The position numbers and the translations under genes are program-made. Below are positions 1 to 14,772 of a stretch of 64,000 bases of DNA, piece after piece. Below the pieces are notes generated by a model that saw only the letters and a program-made list of their open reading frames with translations, was not told the origin of the DNA and searched no databases. Position 1 is the first letter of the stretch. The number at the start of each line of letters is the position of its first letter. Source of the DNA: Eledone cirrhosa (taxonomy: Eukaryota); contig OZ024745.1 in NCBI GenBank assembly GCA_964016885.1, positions 33,356,001 through 33,420,000 on the forward strand, written 5' to 3'.

Positions 1-68
1 CTGTCTTTCTTGTTTATTATTATAATAAAAAAAATCCGGATGAAAAATAACCATGGAGTGCTTTGCAT
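1..68 (-). CDS. Possible N-terminus of a downstream gene, running off the window
   Basis: ATG at 68 opens MQSTPWLFFIRIFFIIIINKKD..., hydrophobic and signal-peptide-like. Too short to verify. Confidence 0.15.
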   Translation of the reverse strand, partial: MQSTPWLFFIRIFFIIIINKKD

Positions 69-134
69 CTTAAGAAAAAGTTGGCAGATTTTCTTCAATC
101 AACCAACTTTCTTCAATTGAATAAAAAAAAAATT

Positions 135-353
135 TATATATATGTATATATATAAAATATGTATATGTATATATATACATATATATATATAAAAATATGT
201 ATATGTATATATATACATATATATATAAAAAATATGTATATGTATATATATACATATATATAAAAAATATGTATATGTATATATATATACATATATATAA
301 AATATATGTATATATATATATATATAAAAAATATGTATATATATATATATATA
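135..353. repeat. (TA)n/TATG compound microsatellite
   Basis: Seen directly. Confidence 0.95.
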
Positions 354-739
354 TGTCAAGGCAGAATTCTAGGAGAAGGAAAACTCTGATATAACACCTG
401 CAACCTTGATGGTATCCAATGATGTTGACTTGTTCTTCTTTTTGGTAAATATCATCTTGGTTAAGAGAGTGGGACTGGCTTTGTGCAGTGCCTTTGCTCA
501 CTATAAAAGCTTCACAGCACAAGCATTGCTATATATCTGGAGATCTCTCTGCACTTGTCGTCACATGGTACCATGGGCCCAGCACTGTGTGTCAATAATT
601 GTCACAAGTGTAGTGTTTGTACCAGAGTTTTCAAGTCACTGGCTGGACTAAAAAGTCACACTCGATTAGCGCATCGGTAGGGGTTCTCCTACATGGATAT
701 AAAGTAGTGGCCGTACTCGAAAACGAGTTGGCAGCCACC

Positions 740-740
<1 letters not shown>
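354..740 (+). mobile_element. Non-autonomous RTE-like element with (TA)n tail, 5'-truncated copy 1
   Basis: Inverted near-identical copy at 3401-3785. Encodes C2H2-like [22 protein letters not shown] (609-680). 3' hairpin CTCG-AAAA-CGAG. Confidence 0.75.
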
Positions 741-3400
<2,660 letters not shown>

Positions 3401-4008
3401 TGGTGGCTGCCAACTCGTTTTCGAGTACGGCCACTACTTCATATCCATGTAGGAGAACCTCTACCGATGCGCTGAATGACTGACTTTTTAGTCCAGCCAG
3501 CGACTTGAAAACTCTGGTACAAACACTACACTTGTGACAATTATTGACACATAGTGCTAGGCCCATGGTACCATGTGACGACAAGTGCAGAGAGATCTCC
3601 AGATATAAAGCAATGCCTGTGCCGTGAAGCTTTTATAGTGAGCAAAGGCACTGCACAAAGCCAGTCCCACTCTCTTAACCAAGATGATATTTACCAAAAA
3701 GAAGAACAAGTCAACATCATTGGATACCATCAGGGTTGCAGGTGTTATATCAGAGTTTTCCTTCTCCTAGAATTCTGCCTTGACAAAGGCTAAGGGGTCA
3801 TCTCTCCCGGTGATTCTGGATGGCCATTGACTCTTAAGAGCTGTTTGCCCTTTGACAGGTTTTGTTTTTAGTCCTGCAGGATGCCCAAAGTCACCCTCCT
3901 CACCAAGAAACCTTGGTGGGGTTGCCAGTTTAGTCGCCAACGACCCGACCATGAGACAGGTTGTACTGGGATACATGTTACCAGTAGCACCAAGTGGTGA
4001 CCTGACAT
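3401..4008 (-). mobile_element. Same family, longest (~610 bp) copy 2
   Basis: Reverse complement of 354-740 plus ~220 bp of extra 5' sequence, flanked by (TA)n. Confidence 0.75.
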
Positions 4009-4071
4009 AATATACATATATATATATATACATATATATACATATACATATATATATACATATATATACAC

Positions 4072-4114
<43 letters not shown>

Positions 4115-4115
<1 letters not shown>

Positions 4116-4331
4116 GGTGGCTGCCAACTCGTTTTCGAGTACGGCCACTACTTTATATCCATGTAGGAGAACCCCTACCGATGCGCTAAACGAGTGTGAC
4201 TTTTTAGTCCAGCCAGTGACTTGAAAACTCTGGTACAAACACTACACTTGTGACAATTATTGACACATAGTGCTGGGCCCATGGTACCATGTGACGACAA
4301 GTGCAGAGAGATCTCCAGATATAAAGCAATG
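4115..4331 (-). mobile_element. Same family, copy 3 (3' portion only)
   Basis: Direct repeat of 3401-3615. Abuts an RTE (GAT)n-tail fragment. Confidence 0.75.
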
Positions 4332-4460
4332 TAGAAAACCTGCCAGACAGTCCTATGCGAGCAAGACAATCACTCTTGCCTCAAGTGGGGCTACCCCCGT
4401 CCAAACCCATGCAAGCGTGGAACACGGACGTTAAACGTTGATGATGATGATGATGATGAT
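4331..4460 (+). mobile_element. RTE 3' terminal fragment with (GAT)n tail
   Basis: Closely matches 29668-29798. Confidence 0.85.
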
Positions 4461-4612
4461 ATATATATATATATGTATATATATAATGTAGGAGGTGAGT
4501 TTTATTGTAGTACAATAAAGCAATGCAGATATCGGATAAGAAGCACTCTACAGTTTGTGGGACTGGAGTATGCATAATATAAGATCAAAAGATGGTTAAA
4601 GGAGTTCCATAT

Positions 4613-4681
4613 ATTTTATTATGCGCATTTCAAAAACAAACATCATCAAGCAATAATATTTGTGTTTTCATCAGATAAAAC
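4613..4681 (-). ncRNA. Type I hammerhead ribozyme, inverted copy
   Basis: Reverse complement of 4811-4879. Confidence 0.8.
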
Positions 4682-4810
4682 AGGAGAACATGATATGAAG
4701 GCTAAAAAACACTTGTGGATAGTGCAGTTTTAAATCAACATATCATATATATATTGATTTAAAACTGCACTATCCACAAGTGTTTTTTAGCCTTCATATC
4801 ATTTTCTCCT

Positions 4811-4879
4811 GTTTTATCTGATGAAAACACAAATATTATTGCTTGATGATGTTTGTTTTTGAAATGCGCATAATAAAAT
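4811..4879 (+). ncRNA. Type I hammerhead ribozyme (predicted cleavage after A4872)
   Basis: Stem I GUUUUAU/AUAAAAU; core CUGAUGA (4818-4824); 16-position stem II with one mismatch and a GCUU loop (4825-4860); GAAA (4861-4864); palindromic mini stem III UGCGCA; AUA triplet. Confidence 0.8.
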
Positions 4880-4919
4880 ATATGGAACTCCTTTAACCAT
4901 CTTTTGATCTCATATTATG

Positions 4920-5012
<93 letters not shown>

Positions 5013-5488
5013 GTATATGTATATATATGTATATGTATGTATATGTATATATATATATATATAAAAAATATGTATATGTATATATATATATATAATATAT
5101 GTATATATATATATATATAAAATATGTATATGTATATATATATATATAAAATATGTATATATATATATATAAAATATGTATATATATATATAAAAAATAT
5201 GTATATGTATATATATATATATATATAAAATATGTATATGTATATATATATATAAAATATGTATATATATATATATATATAAAATATGTATATGTATATA
5301 TATATATATATATATAAAATATGTATATGTATATATATAAAATATGTATATATATATATAAAATATGTATATATATATATAAAATATGTATATGTATTTA
5401 TATATATATATATAAAATATGTATATGTATATATATAAAATATGTATATGTATATATATAAAATATGTATATATATATATAAAATATG

Positions 5489-5526
<38 letters not shown>

Positions 5527-5627
5527 GTATATGTATATATATATATATATAAAATATGTATATATATATATAAAATATATATATATATATATATAAAATA
5601 TATATATATATATAAAATATGTATATG

Positions 5628-5675
<48 letters not shown>
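4920..5675. repeat. (TA)n-AAAATATG compound microsatellite
   Basis: Seen directly. Same motif as 135-353. Confidence 0.95.
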
Positions 5676-5680
<5 letters not shown>

Positions 5681-6461
5681 AATAAGAGAGATCGTTTTAT
5701 TCGTACATCTTCATAATCAACTGGATATATATATATATATATATATTATTGATGTTTTAAAACATATTTTTTATTCTCACTATTATTTTTTTTATTTCAA
5801 AAGTTTCTTTTTGGTGGGGAGAAGACTATAGCCAATGGCTACATGGTCCCTGAAATATTAAAACCAATCTGATATGTTTCAGTTAAAAACCATTATTTTA
5901 TAGTAAAAACATGATGGATATTTTGCAGAAATATATTCTAGGTAAGTGGCTCGGAATTTATATTGAAGTACCTCTCCAATATATAATGGTTTAAATTATT
6001 AAAGTTAGCTCATCCTTCAGACTAAAATATGTAATATAAATATTATGTACATTATATAGTTATACATACTATGAGTGTATGTAAGTATATATGAAGGATA
6101 TATATATATATATGAAGGATATGTATATATAAAAAGGATATATCAGTAATAAAAACAAGTACATTCACCAATTATTTAGAACCCCTAATTAAATAGAGAC
6201 CAATTGCTATTAAATATAAACATACATACACACACACACATTCTTTCTCTTACACACTCACACACACATATATACATCCATACATACATACAATGTTTGT
6301 TATAGATAAATATATATTGGGTAATAACATCAGTGATTGAATGATGTATTGGTTATTCCATCATAAAACTTTGAGAAATCAGCTCAACCTGTTGCAGTGT
6401 ACAATTACATGCTTTTTTTTTTTTTTTTTTTTTGTTGTTGTCTCCCCTTCTTATGCCATAC

Positions 6462-6601
6462 CCTTCAAATATTAAATATAACAGCTTTCGTTCATTTATG
6501 TCATCTTCAACACTGTACGTTCTTTCATACATCAACTTGTTGGTTACTGTTTGAAGAATTCGAATCAGTCGATGTACACTGTGTGTAAGGCACGTATATC
6601 T
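6462..6601 (-). other. Candidate exon: either the MFSD12 terminal coding exon (CDS 6601-6525, KIYVPYTQCTSTDSNSSNSNQQVDV*) or an early exon of a downstream gene
   Basis: Strong acceptor tttgtttttcctttgtag| at 6602. Phase-1 reading is open to TGA at 6527-6525. A donor GG|gtatgg at 6461 is also present. Assignment unresolved. Confidence 0.35.
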
Positions 6602-7196
6602 CTACAAAGGAAAAACAAAAGAAAGTTAGTAAATTTATAAAGACACCAGACTATAGCTGTATGGAATGGAATTTTGATTGGTTTATTTTTTAACAGATTT
6701 ATAATAATGATAATAATATTTGTTTCAACAGAGATCAGCAATATAGCAGACATTTAATAGTCACCAGTTTAGCAGTTAAATAATATTATGAATATCAACA
6801 AGAATAATATTAATATTTGTTGTGGTAGGAAAGGTATGGTTTGGTTATATCAATAAATGTAATGGTTTTGTTATATGGCAATGTTAGTTGAATTGAGGTT
6901 TGGCTGTAAGTCCCAGGTTCTGTTGCTGCAGTGATAATAACTCTGGAAAGGATCTTTCCATATCACATTTAAAGGCTATGGCTGTGGTAATAGCATCACA
7001 AGACTTTACAATGTTTTTACATAATGTATTTACAAACCGATTACAAAGGTTGAGCTGGCATGCCAAACAAAGAAATAAACAAATTAAGAGTTTAGAAGGT
7101 ACGGTCAACTGGCTGAGGTGTTGGCCAGGCTCGTAGTTATGTTGTTGTCGTTACATATTGGCTAGTGGTTGCACGGCAAAAAAAAATGGTGCTTAC

Positions 7197-7310
7197 CTTT
7201 CCACAGTTGAAGCAACAAGAGAAAGAGTTTATCGAAAGTAGTGGCAAAATCTCAGTTTAGGCGGAAGTTGAAAATACATATCCGTGCGCGGCTCACGATT
7301 GGCCTGACTT
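7197..7310 (-). promoter_or_regulatory. Putative promoter and first non-coding exon of a downstream minus-strand gene
   Basis: Locally CpG-rich. CCAAT box (7298-7302, minus), ETS-type GGCGGAAGT (7260-7268), GCGCG element and strong donor AAAG|gtaagc at 7197/7196. Confidence 0.4.
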
Positions 7311-8594
7311 AGCCAAATCATGAACGAATAGCCTATCAATGCGCCAAAAGAAAGTAGCTTGCTACAATTTCAAAGGTTCCCATCCTTTTTCCTTTTGTTT
7401 ACCCTGTGGCAATTTTTCGAAGATAATTTTACTCCCACTCTGTTTTGTTCAGTAATTTGAGCTTACATTATCATTATCATCACTGTGTAATGTCCAATGG
7501 GTTAGACAAGCTGTTAGGTACCGAGGCATGACCGGTCAGGTGGCTACATCTTCCTTGTATGCTCTACTATAATACAGCCACTAACAAAGTCAATAAACCT
7601 CTCTTCTAGGAATGTGTGGTCTAGTGACAATAAAATGACAAGCAACAAGTTGGGTTAATATATGATGTGCACCCCTTTCTTGACAAGACTGGCTTCATTG
7701 CTGTGCTGGGCCCCTGCCAACCGAGCTTATTGAATGGCTTTCATCCCCTCATGTCTCAGAGCACACACCCATGCTCTGACAATGCAGCCTTTCTGCTTTG
7801 CATTGGTCAAGCACCAATCTCACTGCAAGCATGTCAGTTGCTTTGACTTTCTTAAATTCTTCTTCTAGCTTTCTAACTTGCTCTCCTTCTAGCCTAAACC
7901 ACATCAATTCTAATCGAATTACCCTTTTCAGGGAGAACCACCATTTGTTGTTGATGTCCTTTCAATGTTCGCTTAACTAATTCACTAATCTGGTCTCTAG
8001 GCTTTGCACACCGGAAAATATGTATCTAAGAAATGAATACAGTAAGTTCTAGCTGATAGTTGTAAAACAATTGATGGCAACTGTTCCACATTTCCAGCAG
8101 ATTATTATTATTACTATTATTATTATTATCATCATCATCATAATTATTAAGTGTGGTAGACTAGCAGAATTGTTAGCACATCGGACAAAATGATAGGGAG
8201 AGATGAATGGTGAGAGTAAGTATTGGGTGATGGAAGTGACCTTCAAGAGAGAGGCATCATAAACAGTGATACAAACACTATTAATAAGCACTATTTATGA
8301 AACAAACAACAAAGAAGAATGGTCATGAAATAAATAAATACATAGTATAAAGAAAGAAAAAGAAAAGAGTGTGACAAAAGACCCACATATCCAAAGTTGA
8401 AATAATAGAATATCTAACCAACATAATGAGAATCTACATTAAACTGATGTTTGTAGTTGGTGGTAACAATGAAAAGCTGTAGAAAATATGCTAGTGACTA
8501 ATTTTAAAATAGATGCAGAGAACTCGTGTTAGTGACCAGGTCACAGAAATGAGATAAAATATTTTGATATATTATAATAGAGTGTATTATTAAA

Positions 8595-9232
8595 GGGCAG
8601 TGGATTGGCAGAATCAGTAGAGCGTTGGACAACATGCTTAATTATGTCTCTTTACATTCCGAGTTCAAAACCCACCAAGTTTAGCTTTACCTTTCATCTT
8701 TTGGGATCAATGAAATAAAGTACCAGTAACACACTAGGGTTGATTTAATTGACTTTTCCCCACAAAAAAATTGTTGGCCTTGTGCCTAAATCTGAAACCA
8801 TTATTAAAGGTCTGTGGATTGGCAGAATTGGTAGGGCGTCAGATAAAGTGCTTTACAGTATTTAGTTACGACTCATTCATTTCTGTGTTCAAATCTCGCC
8901 GGGGTCAATTTTATCTTTCATCCTTCAGAAATCACTAAAATAATGTAGTAGAAAAGTATTGGGATTGGGATAGTCGACTTTCCTCTACCCCCATCAAATT
9001 GTTAGCTTTGTGCCTGAATTAGAAAACATTATTAAAGAAGGGCGGTGGATTGGCAGTATCGGTAGAGGGTCGATGCCATGCTTTGCAGCATAGAGTTACG
9101 CCCCTTTACGGTCTGAGTTCGAATCCCGCCAAGTTTAACTTTGCCTTTCATTCTTATGGGGTCGATAAAATAAAGTACCAGTAATGCACTAGGATAATTG
9201 TTGGCCTTGTGCCTAAAGTAGAAACAATTATT
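8595..9232 (+). mobile_element. Three tandem tRNA-derived SINEs, family 1 (~8595, ~8808, ~9040)
   Basis: A box TGGCAGAAT/TGGCAGTATCGG, B box GAGTTCAAA/GAGTTCGAATCCC, central gcctttcat...ggggtcgataaaataaagtaccag, tail ggccttgtgcctaaa...attatt. Confidence 0.85.
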
Positions 9233-9711
9233 AAAGAAGAAAGGAGCCAATTATCAGATTGGACCAAAGAAATTGTGTGTTTCCATCCTGGCATGGGTTG
9301 GACAAGGTAGGAGAATCAGGGATGTAGTGTAGGTATGTGTTGGATGATGGAGGAGGAGGTCACGAAGAGAGTGAATGAACAAGCAATGTCTGGCAGTATA
9401 TTATTGATGGCATGGGTTGGATGAAGACATGAGTAAAAGAAGACTAAGGTGCAGGACTTAGATAGTGAGGGGGATAAATTAAGGGTGGGAGGAGCATATT
9501 GGCAATAGGGTACCTAAATATTGTTATCAGGTCTACTCCACATCAGTCTTCCTCAGTTTGCAGCCAGTCAAAATTATGATAGTTTTGTCTTTGGATTAAC
9601 ATCGGAATTTATTCATTTAATTCATTTTTCCTTATCTCCTCCTGTCTAGTTGTTGCATGCTGTACCGTGTTTCATTGCTCTTCATTTTCAGTTAGAAGCG
9701 CCCTGAGTTGT

Positions 9712-10015
9712 CATCATCATCATCGTCATCGTTTAACGACCATTTTCCACACTAGCATGGGTTGGATGAGTTGTTCCATTTGAGACAAGTCAGATCAGGT
9801 GACAGTATCTTGCTCATACAGAAGTATTTCTGGCATGGTTTCTATGGCTAGCTGCCCTCTCTAATGCCAACCACATTTACAGTGTGGGCTGGGTGCTTTT
9901 AGTAGTGATACTAACACAACCACATTTACAGTGTGGGCTGGGTGCTTTTAGTAGTGATACTAACACAACCACTTTATTGTGTGGATAGAACGCTTTTTGT
10001 AGTGTAACCAACATG
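9712..10015 (-). mobile_element. RTE 3' UTR fragment with an internal 50-bp tandem duplication
   Basis: (CAT)n-gtttaacg...gcatgggttgga terminus. ccacatttacagtgtgggctgggtg... is repeated at 9871 and ~9920. Confidence 0.75.
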
Positions 10016-10254
10016 GCCAGTTTACATACATTTTTTACTTTTTATATATAAATTTAGTTGAAAAGACTCACTCAGTCCTATTTTGTCATCTTGTCTTGCC
10101 ATGTTGCAATACTTTGTGCACTAGAGGAAATGATATAACTTTAAAGCACTGAAATAATAATAATCTCCAGTAGTTAGTTGATGACAAACGGATATGTTCA
10201 TGTTTTTCCATTGTCTGTCCATGTGTGCATTCAGATTTTGAATTATAATATATA

Positions 10255-10331
10255 CAGGATGTCCCCCCAAAATGTATACACACTTCAACAGCATTCTAAT
10301 GAAAGTGTATACATTTTTGGGGGACACCCTG
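10255..10331. mobile_element. Tc1/mariner-like mini-MITE, TA TSD
   Basis: ta|CAGGATGTCCCCCCAAAATGTATACAC ... GTGTATACATTTTTGGGGGACACCCTG|ta. Confidence 0.8.
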
Positions 10332-10830
10332 TATATGTATGTGTGTGTGTGTATATTATTCTGTTATGTGTTCTGGCTGAGGCACTGGCATTGTATATAT
10401 ATTTTATTAGATCATTCTTTATTTCATCTAAAATATTTTTTCTTTACCATAACAACTTAACAAGACTCCAATATTAACAGAATTGTAGAACTGTACATAT
10501 ATTTCAAACATACATAGAGACATGTTCATTGTTTTATATTTGTTTTTTCTATACTTGCACAGGTTTATACATAGCAAATAATATCTCCCAATGATCATAA
10601 CCAGTGACCAGAAAGAAGAAAAAAAGCAAACACTATTAATAAGCACTATTTATGAAACAAACAAACAAAATCCCAAGGGAGAATGATTATGAAATAAATA
10701 CACAGTACAAAGAAAGAAAACTAATTTTAAAATAGATGCAGAGAAATTGTGTTAGTGCCCAGGTCACAGAAATGAGATACAATATTTTGATATATTAAAT
10801 AGATTATATTATAATAGATTGTATTATTAA

Positions 10831-11268
10831 GGGCGGTGGATTAGCAGTATTGGTAGAGGGTCTGACGCCATGCTTTGCAGCAAAGAGTTACGGCCCTTTA
10901 TGGTTTGAGTTCAAATCCCACCGAGGTTAACTACGCCTTTCATCCTTACGGGGTCGATAAAATAAAGTACCAGTAATACACTGAGATAATTGCTGGCCTT
11001 GTGCCAAAAGTAGAAATAATTATTAAATAATAATAAAGAAATCACTATTAAAGGATTGGCAGAATTGGTAGAGCATCGGATAAAATGTTTTATGGTATTT
11101 AGTTACGACTCATTCATTACTGTTTTCAAATCTCACCGGTATCAATTTTACCTTTCATCCTTCTAAGATCAATGAAATAAAGTACCAGTTAAGTACTGGG
11201 GTCAGTATAATCACCCCCACCCCCAAACAAAAATTGTTGGTTTTGTGCCTAAATTAGAAACCCTCATT
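10831..11268 (+). mobile_element. Two tandem family-1 SINEs
   Basis: Same A/B boxes and central domain. Confidence 0.85.
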
Positions 11269-11846
11269 AAAGAAGAAAGGAACAGATTGTCAGATTGGGC
11301 CAAAGAAATTATGTTTCTATTGGTCTTTCCATTGTTGATACTATTTGCTGGTTGAAGCTCCTGGCAGAATGAGGTGGGATTTGAACTCAGAATGCACAGA
11401 ATTGGACTAGATACCACAAAGCATCCTGTCTGACTCTTTAACAATTCTGTCAATCCACTGCACCTGGACTGATACTTTATTTATCAACACTGGAAGGATG
11501 AGAGGCAAAGTTGACCTTGGTAGGATTTGAACTCAGAGCACAGTTAGCAGAAACAAATACTGAAGCATTTAGTTTGATGACTTTGCCAATTCACCAACTA
11601 TTAAGAAATAAACATAATGTAAATATAACAGATTTTGTGAGTTTTCAAATAACTAAAATGACTCCTCCATGGTAGCTGACTAAACACACAAGCTTTCTTT
11701 GCAAAAAAGAAAAAAAAAATTATTTCCATTTTTTTTTCTTTTCTCACTCTTATCTATCTTTCTATTCTTTTATTCCTCATTCTATCTTCTGATGAAGGAC
11801 TAACATCTGAAACATTAAGACTCTTTCCTTCTATATCAAGCATTAA

Positions 11847-12054
11847 CCCTTTAGCATTCACATTACTCTATATTTACTATTGTATTTTCACATAAAAGGC
11901 TTTATCTCACATAATATCAAATCTACGAGATTTTGATATTATTTATTTTGAGAACAATACGTTAACATCGGTATGAGCGGCCAGTTACGACCGGTTTAAA
12001 CAGAAAGAGGTGAGAGAATTATGGCCAGATATGGCCGGTTTAAATGCTAAAGGG
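11847..12054 (+). mobile_element. piggyBac-like MITE (208 bp), TTAA TSD
   Basis: ttaa|CCCTTTAGCATT ... AATGCTAAAGGG|ttaa. Confidence 0.88.
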
Positions 12055-12117
12055 TTAAACTAATATATATCTTCATTTCTGTGTGGTTTATTCATTTACT
12101 TTTCTGATACATACAAA

Positions 12118-12480
12118 CATCATCATCATCTTTACGTCTGTTTTTCCACACTTGCATGGGTTGGACAGGTCCTTTTCAGCACAACATCCCTCCAATCGGT
12201 GTGTTCCTTCATCATCTCTGAGTCTCAGCGATTTGAGATCAGCTCTCACCATCTCCACCCAACTTTTCCTGGGTCTACCTGTATTGCAGTTTCCTATCGC
12301 TGGGATTTCCTGGCACTTCTTCACCCAGTGATCATTATCCATGCTCACCACATGCCCCTACCAACACAGTCTCCTCTCTTGCACACCACTTCAGATTCCT
12401 CTTAAACCCAATTTCTCCTTCAGTTCATCCAAGCTCTGTCTTCCTCTCACATTTACATTGCACATCCAACGAAGCATGTT
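12118..12480 (-). mobile_element. RTE 3' fragment, degenerate
   Basis: Minus frame DNDHWVKKCQ..GRPRKSWVEMVRADL, with a (CAT)n tail. Confidence 0.8.
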
Positions 12481-13387
12481 TACATACAAATATCAACACT
12501 GTTAATTTGAGTGTAGCTATAGTGGAGTAGTTTGAAAAATCAAAAATTAAATGTTTTCTGAAGAACAAAGTTTAGTTTCTCTGTGACAGGTCACAATCTC
12601 TGAACATTTCATGTCATTTTCTGATTAAGTCAAGTAACTGTGCCTCTCCAAGTCTGAGAAATCAAAGCTGGTCTCACTTGGGGATTCAGCCGAATCAATT
12701 GGCAACAGTTGCTGCAAGGCATACTAGAGGACTGTTCCCTAACAATCTGCCCAGTGAGTGAAGAACAATCTTGTTTACAGCCAAACAAAAGACCACAAGA
12801 CCCAATGAATTTGAAAGAAAACATCCAATGAATCAGCCCCATCTGTAACATTTAAGCTGACGGAGCAAACAACTTACTTCATGTGAATAATTCCTGTTTT
12901 CATGCTAGTAATAATAGAATATTGAATTAACTTTTAAAAATATACAAGACACATGGCTTTTAAATCTTTAACTGATCTCTCTTATTTATCAGTAGTCTAA
13001 AACTGGATTAGTCTCAAAGCACCACTTGGTCCAATACCACCATATTGTCCCTTGGCTTCTTTTAGTGGGGGTTCACTCTGTTGGAAGTATTCAAACCAGA
13101 TCTTTGTTTAGAGTCATGGTTTCTGTAAAATGGTTTGTGATAAAAAGGTCATGTGAGAAGTAAAGGGTCTCCTCTACACTGGCTATGTGATGTATATATT
13201 GTCCAATATTTATATATATGGTGTAATTGAATTGTAGATCAAGGAATTACTACTACACTGCTCAACAAGAGCAACAACAAGATTTACATTGATAACAATC
13301 TTTATCTCTTATTGAGCTCTCTTGCGTCTTATATTTATCTCCCTTCTTTACATGAACTCTTTACTCTGATTCTTTATATTTCCTTCC

Positions 13388-13640
13388 TTCATCATCACCG
13401 TTTTACGTCCATTCTTCCACTCTAGCATAGGTTAGACGGGTTGTCCTGTTGTGGGCAGTGTCCGGTCGGCTGACCTTGTCTTGCTCATACGGGAACTGAT
13501 TCTGGCTTGATGCCCTTCCTAACACCAACCTCATTTACAGTGGGTGCTGGGTGCTTTTTTCCGTGGCACCTACACGTCCACTTTACAGTGTGGGCTGGGT
13601 GCTTTTTTTGCCATGGCACCTCCACGACCACTTTGCAGTG
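13388..13640 (-). mobile_element. RTE 3' UTR fragment
   Basis: Reverse complement of ~16705-16962, with (CAT)n at the left end. Confidence 0.85.
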
Positions 13641-14044
13641 GAATGATAGGGACCCCAGTCTTATCATCTCATTTCTACAGCTGAGTAAACTGGAGCAATG
13701 TGAAATAAAGTGTCTTGCTCATTCTTAACATCCTGTAATGATTTAGCAGAAAAGATCTAAATATGGGTTTGTTAATTCAAATGTTTATAGTATATTTACT
13801 AGCAAATAAATTAACTTTTAATGTAAAGCAGTCATGCCATGCTAATGTGGTTCATGTGGTACAGGATTTTAAAAGTTTACTTCTTCCTTTGTTGTTCAAC
13901 TTGTACTCTTGATCAATGCCCCTAGGAGACATTTGCAAGGTGGAACAAAACACTGTTTTTAAGACTCTATTGGGTGGGTGGGAATGAGGACTTCTCTTGA
14001 AACTCAAGTGGTGAGGAGCTGAGGGTTTTTTTTTTTATAATCGA

Positions 14045-14672
14045 TTATCAACCATTATGGAGGTATATACCTTATCAACCATTAAGGAGGAATATAGATT
14101 ATCAGCTATTATGGAGGTATAAACATTACCAGCCATTGTGGAGGTATAAACATTACCAGCCATTGTGGCGGTATAAACATTACCAGCCATTGTGGAGGCA
14201 TAAACATTACCAGCCATTGTGGAGGCATAAACATTACCAGCCATTGTGGAGGCATAAACATTACCAGCCATTGTGGAGGTATAAACATTACCAGCCATTG
14301 TGGAGGCATAAACATTACCAGCCATTGTGGAGGTATAAACATTACCAGCCATTGTGGAGGTATAAACATTAACAGCCATTGTGGAGGTATAAACATTACC
14401 AGCCATTGTGGAGGCATAAACATTACCAGCCATTGTGGAGGCATAAATATTACCAGCCATTGTGGAGGTATAAACATTACCAGCCATTGTGGAGGTATAA
14501 ACATTACCAGCCATTGTGGAGGTATAAACATTACCAGCCATTGTGGAGGTATAAACATTACCAGCCATTGTGGAGGTATAAACATTACCAGCCATTGTGG
14601 AGGTATAAACATTACCAGCCATTGTGGAGGTATAAACATTACCAGCCATTGTGGAGGTATAAATATTACCAT
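14045..14672. repeat. 27-bp minisatellite (CCAGCCATTGTGGAGGTATAAACATTA), ~20 good copies plus degenerate left units
   Basis: Seen directly. Confidence 0.97.
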
Positions 14673-14772
14673 CTACTATAGAAGTCTGAAGGAAAGTTAT
14701 AATAGATCCCGATCCAGAAAGAGAAGGAAAGGAAGGAGCAGAGAAGATGATGATAAACATATATAAACTTAC

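Larger units (their letters stand above)
4484..4919. mobile_element. Palindromic Penelope-like pLTR-type element in (TA)n
   Basis: Arms 4573-4738 and 4754-4919 are near-perfect reverse complements. The left arm extends uniquely to ~4484. Each arm contains a hammerhead motif. Confidence 0.65.
8272..11320 (+). repeat. Diverged local duplication (~8272-9285 vs ~10628-11320)
   Basis: Shared blocks ctattaataagcactatttatgaaacaaac, ttttaaaatagatgcagaga...caggtcacagaaatgagata and cagattgg.ccaaagaaatt flank the SINE clusters. Confidence 0.75.

Noticed and set aside
609-680. Host C2H2 zinc-finger gene
   Set aside because: Single finger inside a three-copy repeat with a retroelement-like 3' end.
8595-9232. 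tRNA genes
   Set aside because: A/B boxes lead into SINE bodies. No complete cloverleaf.
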